From Candidatus Limnocylindrales bacterium (GTDB lineage Bacteria > Chloroflexota > Limnocylindria > Limnocylindrales > CSP1-4), in the NCBI GenBank assembly GCA_038220425.1, contig JBBRIV010000001.1:1-60489 (forward strand): a stretch of DNA of 60,489 nucleotides. The letters are read 5' to 3'. The translations under genes were made by a program, and so were the position numbers. Each line of letters begins with the position of its first letter. Position 1 is the first letter of the stretch. Of this stretch, positions 47,321 to 55,482 are shown one piece after another. The notes under the pieces were generated by a model. The model was not told where the DNA came from and did not search any database. It saw only the letters and a list, made by a program, of their open reading frames with translations.

Positions 47321-48187
47321 ATGGCCCTGCCGAGCATCGTCGCGAGCATGCCCCTGGGGGCCGACCTGGGGATCTTCGTGATCAGCCTGGTCGCCGGCTT
47401 GATCGGGGCCCTGGCCGGTGTCGGCGGCGGCCTGTTCGTGGTGCCGGCGCTGACCATCCTCTTCGGGGTCGACATCCACCTGGCGATTGGCGCCAGCATC
47501 GTGGGCGTGATCGCGACGAGCTCCGGATCGGCCGCGGCGTACGTCCGCGACCAGTTGACCGACCTCCACATCGGCATGTTCCTTGAGCTGGCAACCACGA
47601 TCGGAGCGATCGCCGGCGCGTTGCTGGCCGCCGTCGTTGCGCCCAGCCTGCTGTTCGTGGTCCTGGGCCTGGTCCTGCTCGGCTCGGCGGCAACCCAGCT
47701 GGTCCGGCTGGCGGACGGGCCGGCCCCGCTCGTTGCACCGTCGGCACTGGCGATCCGCCTCGAACTCGTGGGCTCCTATCCCGACCGGAGCGAAGGCCGG
47801 ATCGTGTCCTACGCCGCCCAGCGGATCCCGTTTGGATTTGCCCTGATGGGGATCGCCGGGCTGATGTCGGGGCTCCTGGGGATCGGCTCCGGCGCGCTCA
47901 AAGTCCTGGCCATGGACGCCGCGATGGGACTGCCCATCAAGGTCAGCTCGGCGACCAGCAACTTCATGATCGGGGTCACCGCCGCCGCCTCGGCCGGGAT
48001 CTACCTGAGTCGGGGCGACGTGGACCCGCGGATCGCCGCCCCGGTCGCCCTGGGCGTACTCATCGGAGCCGTCATCGGGGCGCGAATCCTGCCCCACCTC
48101 TCGAGTCGGGCGGTCCGCCGGGTGTTTGTGCCGGTGCTGGTCCTGGTCGGCCTGCAGACACTGGCCCGCGGCATTGGGCTGATCTGA
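47321..48187 (+). CDS. TauE/SafE family sulfite/anion exporter
   Basis: Eight TM segments with duplicated GxGGG-type motifs (GALAGVGGGLF, LLGIGSGAL). Confidence 0.85.
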   Translation: MALPSIVASMPLGADLGIFVISLVAGLIGALAGVGGGLFVVPALTILFGVDIHLAIGASIVGVIATSSGSAAAYVRDQLTDLHIGMFLELATTIGAIAGALLAAVVAPSLLFVVLGLVLLGSAATQLVRLADGPAPLVAPSALAIRLELVGSYPDRSEGRIVSYAAQRIPFGFALMGIAGLMSGLLGIGSGALKVLAMDAAMGLPIKVSSATSNFMIGVTAAASAGIYLSRGDVDPRIAAPVALGVLIGAVIGARILPHLSSRAVRRVFVPVLVLVGLQTLARGIGLI

Positions 48188-48546
48188 TGAGCGCCGAACG
48201 ATTCCGGGCGTGGGTATCGACCGTCCTCAGCGTGGGCGTTGCGCTCAGCGCGGTCTTCGTGGCGATCGGCTTCGTGGGCAGCCTCGCCGTAGGCTGGACC
48301 GGCTCTCTCATTGGCGGGCCGCCGAATCCGGCTGATCCCACCGATTTCTCGGGCGTGTTCGCCGGCCTCGCCGCTGGGCGACCCGTGGCCATCGCCCAGC
48401 TTGGCCTCCTCGTCCTCGTTGCCACGCCCGTGGTCCGGGTTGGCGTCTCGCTGGTCGCCTTTGGACTCGAGCGGGATCGCCTGTATGCGGCGATCACCGC
48501 CGCGGTCCTGGGGCTGCTCCTGGTGAGCCTATTCGTGGTCCGCTGA
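48187..48546 (+). CDS. DUF1634 membrane protein (usual TauE partner)
   Basis: ATGA-coupled to the TauE gene. Three TM segments and ...LLVLVATPVVRVGVSLVAF...DRLY. Confidence 0.8.
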   Translation: MSAERFRAWVSTVLSVGVALSAVFVAIGFVGSLAVGWTGSLIGGPPNPADPTDFSGVFAGLAAGRPVAIAQLGLLVLVATPVVRVGVSLVAFGLERDRLYAAITAAVLGLLLVSLFVVR

Positions 48547-48550
48547 CCGG

Positions 48551-49522
48551 TCAGGGAACGACGAGCACCAGTTTGCCGAACGCCTTGGAATGCGAGTCGT
48601 GGATGGTCAGCGTGTACGACCCGCTGCCGGGCGCCGCCACGTCGAAGCACATGCCCTCGTTGCGCAGGGTCTGCTTGGGGGCCAGCGACCAGCTGCCTCC
48701 GGTGACGCTCGTTGCCGAAGTGGTGTCCGGGGCCACGACGAAGGCCTGGTCGATGGACGCGTAGCCGACCGTATCGGCATTGGTGAACGTTCCGTACAGG
48801 ACGAGGGACACGTCGGTCTTCTTGAGCTGGATGAACTTGAACTTCTCGGGATAGCCGTAGCAGCCGGCCGGCAGGAGGAGCGCCTTGGTGATCGTGAACG
48901 AGGCGAACGTGCCGATCTTGTCCACCCCGCCGGCGGTCAGGGTGGTGGGCTGCTCGGACGTCGCCGCACTGCCGTTGAGTGGGACCAGGGCCTGGTGCTC
49001 ATCCGGCGCGCCAAAGGTCAGGACCGTGTCGGCAACGACGAAGCCCGGGGGTGGGGTGACCTGGATCTGGGCCGACGCTGTCGCGCCGACCGGGATGGCC
49101 CCACCAGTCACGTAGCCGACCAGGAACTGGCCATTCCAGACCACCTTGAGGTCGTTGCCCAGGGTGCTCGAATCGGTCTGGATCGTGGACATGTTGGTGA
49201 ACGTCGCGTTCACGTGCAGGACGTGCCTGAGCGGGTCGAACGTGCCGTCCGTGACATGGATCACGTAGCCGCTCCACCAGACCGTCGAGTCCAGGGTGAA
49301 TGCCGACGGTGTCGGGACCGGGGTTGGGGTGGGCGACGGGCTGGGTGTTGGCTTCAGGGTTGGGCTGGGGCTGGCCGAGGGCGACGGACTGGCCGCTGGG
49401 CTGGCGGAGGCCGAGGCGGCGGGTGTGTCCGAGGGAGTGGCAGATGCCGGAGTCGAGCCGGAACAGGCAGCCAGCACCACGCTCAGGGCTACGAGGCCGG
49501 ACAGCAGACGACGGATGGACAT
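48551..49522 (-). CDS. lipoprotein with Pro/Ser/Thr linker and two beta-sandwich-like (DUF4352-like) modules
   Basis: Signal peptide and lipobox LAACS. Function unknown. The domain call comes from sequence feel only. Confidence 0.6.
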   Translation of the reverse strand: MSIRRLLSGLVALSVVLAACSGSTPASATPSDTPAASASASPAASPSPSASPSPTLKPTPSPSPTPTPVPTPSAFTLDSTVWWSGYVIHVTDGTFDPLRHVLHVNATFTNMSTIQTDSSTLGNDLKVVWNGQFLVGYVTGGAIPVGATASAQIQVTPPPGFVVADTVLTFGAPDEHQALVPLNGSAATSEQPTTLTAGGVDKIGTFASFTITKALLLPAGCYGYPEKFKFIQLKKTDVSLVLYGTFTNADTVGYASIDQAFVVAPDTTSATSVTGGSWSLAPKQTLRNEGMCFDVAAPGSGSYTLTIHDSHSKAFGKLVLVVP

Positions 49523-49619
49523 TGGGCGGTCCCCTTCGCAATCAGTGGCGGTACGGGTAGCGGTGCTGGCAGGATACGCGGCCGCTTGGCGGACGGCTAG
49601 CCGGACGATTGCCCCGTGG

Positions 49620-50552
49620 TCATCGATCGACGAGCGTGACCTGGGCGAGGATCACGGCGTACAGCGCGGCGCTCGCCGGCGACGGCACGCCGACCCGTCC
49701 AGCTCTTCGAACCAGCTCGCCCAGGTTCGCCTCAAGCTCGATCCGTCGCCCGCCGACAAGGTCGTCGTGGAGTGACGAGTAGAGCGTCGGGGCGAGCGCA
49801 TGGGCGGCCGCGAGATGGCGCTCGACCAGGTCGCCTGGGAGCGCAACCCCTTCAGCACGACCCACTGCGGCGGCCTCCTCCAGGACGTCCCGGAAGAGCT
49901 GCCACGTGGCGGGGATCTCCCGGATGACGCCGATGGGCCGCCGGGTGGCCGCGGTCAGGCCGGCCACCGCGCAGATGAATGTGTACTTCGTCCACAGGGC
50001 CACCCGGACGTCGGTCGTGATCTCGGCGCTGATTCCGGCCCGCTGGCAGGCCGCCAGGAATCCCTCGAGCCTGGGGCTGGGCCGTCCGTCCAGCTCGCCG
50101 AAGACGAGTCGAGCCGGGCCGCCGGTGTGGCGGATGACGCCTGATTCTACGATGCCGGCAAAGATATAGGCGGCGCCCCCGGCCACGTGCCCGGCGCCGA
50201 TGATCGCGGCCAGCTTCTCCTCGTTGTCGATCCCGTTCTGGAGCGAGATCACCGCGGTGTCAGGGCCGACCAGGCTGGGCAGGACCTCTCTGGCGGCGCT
50301 GTCGGTGTCGTACGCCTTGACCGTGAACAGGACGATGTCGGCCCGTCCGACGGCCGCGGGATCGGATGTCGTCTGGATCTCGGCGGCGCCCAGGGCGAAG
50401 TCACCGTGGACGCTCTCCACCCTCAGGCCGTGGGCCTGGAGCGCCGCCAGGTGGGCACCGCGAGCGATGAAGTGGACGTCCTCGCCAGCGAAGGCGAGCC
50501 GTCCCCCGAAGTAGCCACCCAGGCCGCCGGTGCCCACCACGGCAATCTTCAT
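49620..50552 (-). CDS. panE: 2-dehydropantoate 2-reductase family oxidoreductase
   Basis: MKIAVVGTGGLGGYFGGRLA Rossmann fold and ApbA/PanE C-terminal domain (...SSLHDDL..GRRIELE). ATGA overlap with the nitrilase stop. Confidence 0.85.
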   Translation of the reverse strand: MKIAVVGTGGLGGYFGGRLAFAGEDVHFIARGAHLAALQAHGLRVESVHGDFALGAAEIQTTSDPAAVGRADIVLFTVKAYDTDSAAREVLPSLVGPDTAVISLQNGIDNEEKLAAIIGAGHVAGGAAYIFAGIVESGVIRHTGGPARLVFGELDGRPSPRLEGFLAACQRAGISAEITTDVRVALWTKYTFICAVAGLTAATRRPIGVIREIPATWQLFRDVLEEAAAVGRAEGVALPGDLVERHLAAAHALAPTLYSSLHDDLVGGRRIELEANLGELVRRAGRVGVPSPASAALYAVILAQVTLVDR

Positions 50553-51643
50553 TCGCCGACCGGGCGATGCTCATGTTGGCCATGGTCGTGGCCGGCGTGG
50601 TCGCGGCCGGCGTGGTCGCGGCCGGCGTGGTCGTGTTCGGCGTGGTCGTGCTGCTCCGCGTCGTCGTGGCCGTCGTGCTCGTCGTCGTTGGGCTGGCCGC
50701 CCCAGAACGCCACCGGTACCTGCGGGTTGGTGTTGACGTTCAGCCGGAAGACGTCCGGCCGGGAGTAGTGTCCGGTGATGTCCAGGTCGAACTTGCCGCG
50801 CACGATCTGGTCCAGGTCGAGCTCGGCGGTGATGACCGTCTCGCCGTCGCGCGCCGGGCCGGCCAGGACCTGGCCCAGCGGATCGACGATGCAGCTCCCG
50901 CCGGCCATCAGTACCTCCTCGGCCGGAACGTCGACCGGGTAGTCGGCCGGGTAGTCCGAACGGCGGGCGAACTGGGTGGCCGAGAGCACGAAGCAGCGGC
51001 CCTCGATGGCGATGTGGCGCATCGTTGACAGCCAGGTCTCGCGATCGTCGGCGGTGGGCACGCAGTACAGCTCGACGCCCTGCCCGTACATCGCCAGGCG
51101 GAGCTGGGGCATGTAGTTCTCCCAGCAGATGACGGCCCCGATCCGGCCCAGCGCGGTTGGCACCACGTCCAGGGTCGAGCCGTCGCCGAAGCCCCAGATC
51201 AGGCGTTCCATCGCCGTCGGCATGAGCTTCCGGCGCGCGCCCAGCAAGGCCCCGTCGGGACCGAAGGTGAGGGCAGCGCAATAGAGTGTGCCGCCCGCCC
51301 GCTCGATCACCCCGATGACCAGGTGGACGCCGTGGTCCCGGGCGATCTCGCCCAATCTCCAGGTCGCTGGTCCGGGCACATCCACAGCGCTCTCGTGATA
51401 GCGCCGGAACCACTCGCGACCCGCGGCGCTGCGCGAGCCCACGACGGCCCCGAAGTCGGACCCCTTGGGATAACCCGATACGAACGCCTCGGGGAAGACG
51501 ACGAGCTCGGCGCCGGCTTCTGCCGCCCTGGCCGTCCACTGGGCGACCTTGTCCAGGGACGCCTCGCGATCAAATGCGACCGATGCCGCCTGGACGACGG
51601 CGACTCGAATGGTTCGGCCCGACGTACTTGGCTCAGCTGCCAT
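50549..51643 (-). CDS. nitrilase (C-N hydrolase branch 1) with C-terminal His/Asp-rich tail
   Basis: Catalytic triad context FPEAF (Glu), RRKLMPT (Lys), ICWENYMP (Cys). Tail DDEHDGHDDAEQHDHAEHDHAGRDHAGRDHAGHDHGQHEH. Confidence 0.9.
   Translation of the reverse strand: MAAEPSTSGRTIRVAVVQAASVAFDREASLDKVAQWTARAAEAGAELVVFPEAFVSGYPKGSDFGAVVGSRSAAGREWFRRYHESAVDVPGPATWRLGEIARDHGVHLVIGVIERAGGTLYCAALTFGPDGALLGARRKLMPTAMERLIWGFGDGSTLDVVPTALGRIGAVICWENYMPQLRLAMYGQGVELYCVPTADDRETWLSTMRHIAIEGRCFVLSATQFARRSDYPADYPVDVPAEEVLMAGGSCIVDPLGQVLAGPARDGETVITAELDLDQIVRGKFDLDITGHYSRPDVFRLNVNTNPQVPVAFWGGQPNDDEHDGHDDAEQHDHAEHDHAGRDHAGRDHAGHDHGQHEHRPVGE
50591..50650. repeat. four tandem 15-bp units (gccggcgtggtcgcg type) inside the nitrilase 3' end
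   Basis: Units at 50591, 50606, 50621 and 50636. The first two are identical; the last two differ at 1 and 3 positions. On the minus strand they encode the H-D-H-A-G-R repeats. Confidence 0.9.
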
Positions 51644-51645
51644 TG

Positions 51646-52113
51646 CTACCTCGTCTCATGACCGCCCGTTGCCATCGGCTCGACATATGGAGTGCGCCAT
51701 TCGGGGGCTTCGAAGGCCGGCGCGAAAAACGTCGTGGCACGGGCGATCTTGTCGCCCTCAAGCTCGTACGTCTGGACCGTCCACCAGATCGAACCGTCCG
51801 GATAGCGGTTTTTGAAGGTGGCCGTCCCCACGGTCCCGCTGCCCTCCACCCGGACGACCGTGAACATCGGGGTCACGACCCAGCGCTCGTCGCTTTCCAC
51901 CCGCATCGTCGACTTGTCGATGCCGTCCCGCGGGACCCCCGACGGGTAGTTCTCGAGCGTCGCCCGAAAGTTGGCCAGGCCCCGGATGCGTTCCCCGGAC
52001 TGGGGATAGTCCAGGAGGTAGTCGTCCGTGAAGAGGTCGCCGAGGGCAGCGAAATTACGGTCGTTGATGGCTCGCGAGACGCGTTCGAACAGGGCGCGGT
52101 GGTCGACGGTCAA
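51646..52113 (-). CDS. SnoaL/NTF2-like fold protein
   Basis: MTVDHRALFERVSRAINDRNFAALGDLFTDDY... is a typical SnoaL-like N-terminus. The gene abuts the nitrilase start. Confidence 0.75.
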   Translation of the reverse strand: MTVDHRALFERVSRAINDRNFAALGDLFTDDYLLDYPQSGERIRGLANFRATLENYPSGVPRDGIDKSTMRVESDERWVVTPMFTVVRVEGSGTVGTATFKNRYPDGSIWWTVQTYELEGDKIARATTFFAPAFEAPEWRTPYVEPMATGGHETR

Positions 52114-52131
52114 TGGGTCCTCCTTCGCGGG

Positions 52132-52635
52132 TCAGCGCGGCCGGGCCGCCTCGGGGGTTGTTGCCGACGTGATCTCGACGGTTGCCGGCGGGGCTGCCGC
52201 GAGCATCCGGCGTTCGCTCTCGGAGAAGGCCTTTTGGCGCAGGACCTGGAGGGCCTGGACATGGGCTGCGAGGAGGCCGTGCAGGGCCAGCTCGCGGACC
52301 GCCCGCGGGTGATCGCGCTCGGTGGACATCTGTTGATATCCCGCATGACCGGTATACGCGCCGGTGATCGCCTGCAACTCGGCGACATCCAGGATCGTCG
52401 CCAACTCGGGCAGGAGGCGCTCGAAGGATGACCGACCGAGGGGGGCGAATGACCCAAACTCGAGGGCCAGCTCCACGCTCAGGCGGTTGACGTCGAGCTC
52501 GAAGTAGACGGCCCGGGCCGAGCTCCAGGCCCGCCGGAGGTAGTCCCGGCGCTGCAGGATCAAGCTCACTGCGAGCGTGCCAACCACCCCCACGAAGGCG
52601 CCGACAAGGCCCGGAATCAGGTTCAAGAGGGACAT
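52132..52635 (-). CDS. hypothetical single-pass membrane protein
   Basis: ATG at 52635 within ORF 52132..52713. TM helix LIPGLVGAFVGVVGTLAVSLIL followed by a helical domain. No family recognised. Confidence 0.5.
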   Translation of the reverse strand: MSLLNLIPGLVGAFVGVVGTLAVSLILQRRDYLRRAWSSARAVYFELDVNRLSVELALEFGSFAPLGRSSFERLLPELATILDVAELQAITGAYTGHAGYQQMSTERDHPRAVRELALHGLLAAHVQALQVLRQKAFSESERRMLAAAPPATVEITSATTPEAARPR

Positions 52636-52749
52636 CGGCCCGAGTCTGACCGATGGGCAGGCCCCTCGCAAGGTGGAACCCGGCCAATGAAAAGGACGGG
52701 TGCCTCGCGACACCCGTCCTGTGCGACCGGCCGGGCGTTCCGGCCCAGA

Positions 52750-53019
52750 TCAGGCTTGGCTGGTGAACCAGACCGAAGGGGCACCCTCGACGCCGGCGTC
52801 GTGCATCGCCGCGCCCAGCTCGGGGCTGCTGCCGAAGGCCTGGGCGGCCGCCAGGGATGCGAACTCGTGGCGGACCGTGATGTCATTCGGGTTGTCGATC
52901 GCCTGGTAGACGGCCTGGTCCTGGACGCCCAACCTCTCTTGGGTGGGGCCGAAGGCATCGTAGACCTGGCGCCACTTGGCGTAGTCCGCGACCTGATGCC
53001 GAACGAAGAGCGTGGTCAT
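52750..53019 (-). CDS. small dimeric alpha/beta-barrel (ABM-like) protein
   Basis: 89 aa, MTTLFVRHQVADYAKWRQVYD...ITVRHEFASLAAAQAF. Divergent from the MarR gene. Confidence 0.65.
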   Translation of the reverse strand: MTTLFVRHQVADYAKWRQVYDAFGPTQERLGVQDQAVYQAIDNPNDITVRHEFASLAAAQAFGSSPELGAAMHDAGVEGAPSVWFTSQA

Positions 53020-53097
53020 CGTGATGCCTCCGATTGGACCAGGGCACGTTGGTGCGCTGCTGGTTTGTGGAGAGATCCTGTCACCGAAGTGTCTGTT

Positions 53098-53634
53098 ATG
53101 TCAACTACTTATTTGTCAAATGTTGCCAAGTCAGGAGAAACAGGGTACGGTCTGCTCGTGACAAACGACGAAGACGCAAGCCGGCCAGCCACCCTCTGGA
53201 ACGACGCCTGGCGGGGCGTGCTGTTCGCGGCATCACGTACGCTCCAGGCGGCCGAGCCGGACCTCATCGCCCAGGCGGGATTTCCGCTGACCTGGCTTGA
53301 CGTCCTGGCCCAGCTGCACGACGCGGCCGAAGACGGCCTGCGGATGCAGGAGCTGGAACAGCGCTCGCTGTTCACACGGAGCGGGCTGACGCGCCTGATT
53401 GACCGGATCGAGGCCGCCGGACTGGTCCGGCGCGAAGCGGTCCAGGGCGATCGCCGGGGCGTCCGGGTGCTCCTGACCGAGGAGGGTCGCCGGCGCCATG
53501 ACGCCGCCTTCATCGACCACAACAAGGTGATCGAGCGCACCTTCGGGCAACGCTTGACCCAACGTCAGCTCAAGGCCGTGGCCGAGGCCCTGGCCACGTT
53601 CTGGCACGACGATCAGCCGCCGGTTGAGGGCTAG
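53098..53634 (+). CDS. MarR-family transcriptional regulator
   Basis: Within ORF 52687..53634. Winged HTH LRMQELEQRSLFTRSGLTRLIDRIEAAGLVRREAVQGDRRGVRVLLTEEG. The start is uncertain: ATG at 53098 lies in an AT-rich patch, and GTG at 53158 is an alternative. Confidence 0.85.
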   Translation: MSTTYLSNVAKSGETGYGLLVTNDEDASRPATLWNDAWRGVLFAASRTLQAAEPDLIAQAGFPLTWLDVLAQLHDAAEDGLRMQELEQRSLFTRSGLTRLIDRIEAAGLVRREAVQGDRRGVRVLLTEEGRRRHDAAFIDHNKVIERTFGQRLTQRQLKAVAEALATFWHDDQPPVEG

Positions 53635-53682
53635 CCCGAGTCACACTCGGCCGGTTGTCGAGTATCGTGAAGCCCGGTCAGG

Positions 53683-53759
53683 CGGGGCGTAGCGAAGTTT
53701 GGCATCGCGCGTGCTTTGGGAGCACGAGATCGTGGGTTCGAATCCCGCCGCCCCGACCA
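53683..53759 (+). tRNA. tRNA-Pro, anticodon TGG, CCA encoded
   Basis: Hand-folded. Acceptor stem 53683-53689/53749-53755 (C1-G72), D stem 53692-95/53705-08, anticodon stem 53710-14/53722-26. Loop is tttggga with the anticodon at 53717-53719. T arm is 53732-36 + ttcgaat + 53744-48, A73, CCA 53757-59. Confidence 0.92.
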
Positions 53760-53771
53760 ATCCCGTCCCCG
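53749..53771 (+). repeat. direct repeat copy 1 (3' acceptor strand of tRNA-Pro + ACCA + 12 nt), att-like
   Basis: cgccccgaccaatcccgtccccg, identical to 53995-54017. Confidence 0.95.
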
Positions 53772-53829
53772 GCCGCCGAACCTTCGGCTCCCGACCCACG
53801 GCCCCAACCCGCGGCTGCCGGCGCCGTGT

Positions 53830-53973
53830 CTTGACAGATATCGCCACCAGCCGCTGTATGTTTGGTCGACTGCTCGGAATCCTGGTTCGGATCCGTCCAG
53901 CGGAGACGTCCGTGCACGAATCGACCCGCTCAGCGCTGGACCCACGCCGCTGCTGGGCACGGTATCTGACAAG
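53830..53973 (+). repeat. inverted-repeat-bounded element, copy A (decayed, 144 bp)
   Basis: Ends cttgacagata / tatctgacaag (10/11 complementary). Aligns along its length with 55483-55651. Shares the identical 18-mer ccgtgcacgaatcgaccc. Lacks about 25 nt that are present in copy B. Confidence 0.8.
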
Positions 53974-53994
53974 GAATTCGCGTTTCGCGGTCCT

Positions 53995-54017
53995 CGCCCC
54001 GACCAATCCCGTCCCCG
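53995..54017 (+). repeat. direct repeat copy 2 of the tRNA-Pro 3' end, att-like
   Basis: Exact 23/23 match to 53749-53771. The flanking bases differ on both sides. Confidence 0.95.
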
Positions 54018-54031
54018 CCTCTGACCGCCAG

Positions 54032-54913
54032 TCAGGGCAGGGCTGTGATCGTCAGGTCCAGGCTGCCGGTCAGTGACCGCCGGAAGTGGCCGGCACCGTC
54101 CAACTGGGCAATCAGGTGGGCACCAGCGGTCCGCTGCGATGGATACGCGAGGTAGCTCGAAGCCCCGCCGATCGGGTGGCCCATCCAGATCTGGCGAGCC
54201 GTGCTCTTCGTGGTGAACATCGCGCTCAGGATGTAGCTGACGTCGCCGTACGGTTCGGCGAAGACCGCCTTGGCACCCACGGCCAGGAACCCGGCTGCGA
54301 AGTTCTGGATCCGCTGTCGACCGGCCGCGACCGTTGGCCAGGCCCGGCCGGGCTCCGAGTTGCCCGCCGTGTAACACATGCCGCGCAGGATCACGACCGC
54401 ATTCGGGGCAAGGTGGATCGCCGCCCGGATGAAGTTGGCACCGTAGTAGACAAGGTTCAGGTTGCCGGCATTGGCGGTGCCATTGAGGCCCAGGCCGTCC
54501 TTGGTGTTCTCCTGGTACGGGCCCCAGGGGCTGGGCCAGCCGTTACCGTGGCCCATGTCGATCAGGATGTTGGCCCCCTGGGCCGCGCTGACCACCCGAC
54601 GCCAGGTCGCGCCCGGGCTATACAACTCGATCACGGTCGCGCCGTAGCTGCGCAATTGGGCGGCCAACTGGCGGGCGTTGACGATGTTCTGGGCGGTGCC
54701 CGTGCCCGAAGGTCCAACGATGATGACGGCCCGCATCGGGGCGACGGCAACTGCAGGTGTGATGGCCGAGGTTGTTCCGGCCGGGCTCGACGCCGCGACG
54801 GTTGGCACGCTGCTAAGGCCGCCGACTCCGACCAGGGCGACGGCCAGGGTGAGCGCCCGTGCGCCCGTGAACAGGGTTGACGCCCGATGGGCGCCGTTGG
54901 CGAACCAACCCAA
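54032..54913 (-). CDS. secreted hypothetical protein, His/Cys (clan-CD peptidase-like) motif family, paralogue 2
   Basis: TTG start at 54913 with GAGGAGG 7 nt upstream. Signal peptide. Motifs VIIVGP, ILIDMGHGNGWPSP, QENTKDGLGLN, AVVILRGMCYTAGNSE. Confidence 0.8.
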   Translation of the reverse strand: MGWFANGAHRASTLFTGARALTLAVALVGVGGLSSVPTVAASSPAGTTSAITPAVAVAPMRAVIIVGPSGTGTAQNIVNARQLAAQLRSYGATVIELYSPGATWRRVVSAAQGANILIDMGHGNGWPSPWGPYQENTKDGLGLNGTANAGNLNLVYYGANFIRAAIHLAPNAVVILRGMCYTAGNSEPGRAWPTVAAGRQRIQNFAAGFLAVGAKAVFAEPYGDVSYILSAMFTTKSTARQIWMGHPIGGASSYLAYPSQRTAGAHLIAQLDGAGHFRRSLTGSLDLTITALP

Positions 54914-55075
54914 TGTCCTGCCTCCTCACTGCCAGAACGCCGTGGCATCGCGGCGACGTCGGGGATGGGTCACCTGGACCCGGGATGGCGCGCAGGGCGC
55001 CGTTCGGTCAAGTCTGGACGTGAAACTGGAACCGTGCCACGAACGTTGGTACTCAACCGCCCCCGACCATCGGGC

Positions 55076-55390
55076 TCAGCCGCGGATGGCCAGGACGATC
55101 GCCACGACGCCGAAGACGCCGATCACCACGCCCGAGACGACGTTGATGCCGCGCAGGATGGCCGGCGTGATCCGCGACCTGAATGCCGCCACGAGGCTGG
55201 TCAGGACGATCCACCAGGTGCCCGAACCGGCAAAGACGCCGACGGTCATGAGGTCCGCCTCGATGGGCGACCGGTTGCTGATCCCCAGACCGGCAAACAG
55301 GGCGGCGAAGGACAGGATCGTCAGCGGGTTGGTCAGGGTCAGGCCCAGGACCGACAGATAGGCGCCGGCCAGGCCGCCTCGGCGTGGAGT
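55076..55390 (-). pseudogene. 5'-truncated LysE/RhtB-family amino-acid exporter (C-terminal ~100 aa only)
   Basis: The last ~100 aa of ORF 55076..55756 (GLAGAYLSVLGLTLTNPLTILSFAALFAGLG...VVSGVVIGVFGVVAIVLAI) match the second half of LysE-family proteins. The upstream ~125 aa of the ORF are non-homologous read-through across element B. Confidence 0.55.
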
Positions 55391-55482
55391 GGTCGTCGCG
55401 GCGGCGCCGGGCCGAGGCTGGTGGTGACAATCTGACGAAATCCGGCCCACGAGGCCGCCGTCGCACGTCGGCCGCTCGTGTT

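Noticed and set aside
53831-53861. TTGACA-N18-TATGTT (and the equivalent in copy B) as bona fide sigma-70 promoters.
   Set aside because: These strings are part of the terminal inverted repeats and so appear at both ends by symmetry. They may be promoters, but the sequence alone cannot distinguish this from a recombinase-binding terminal repeat. I kept this as a note inside the element finding only.
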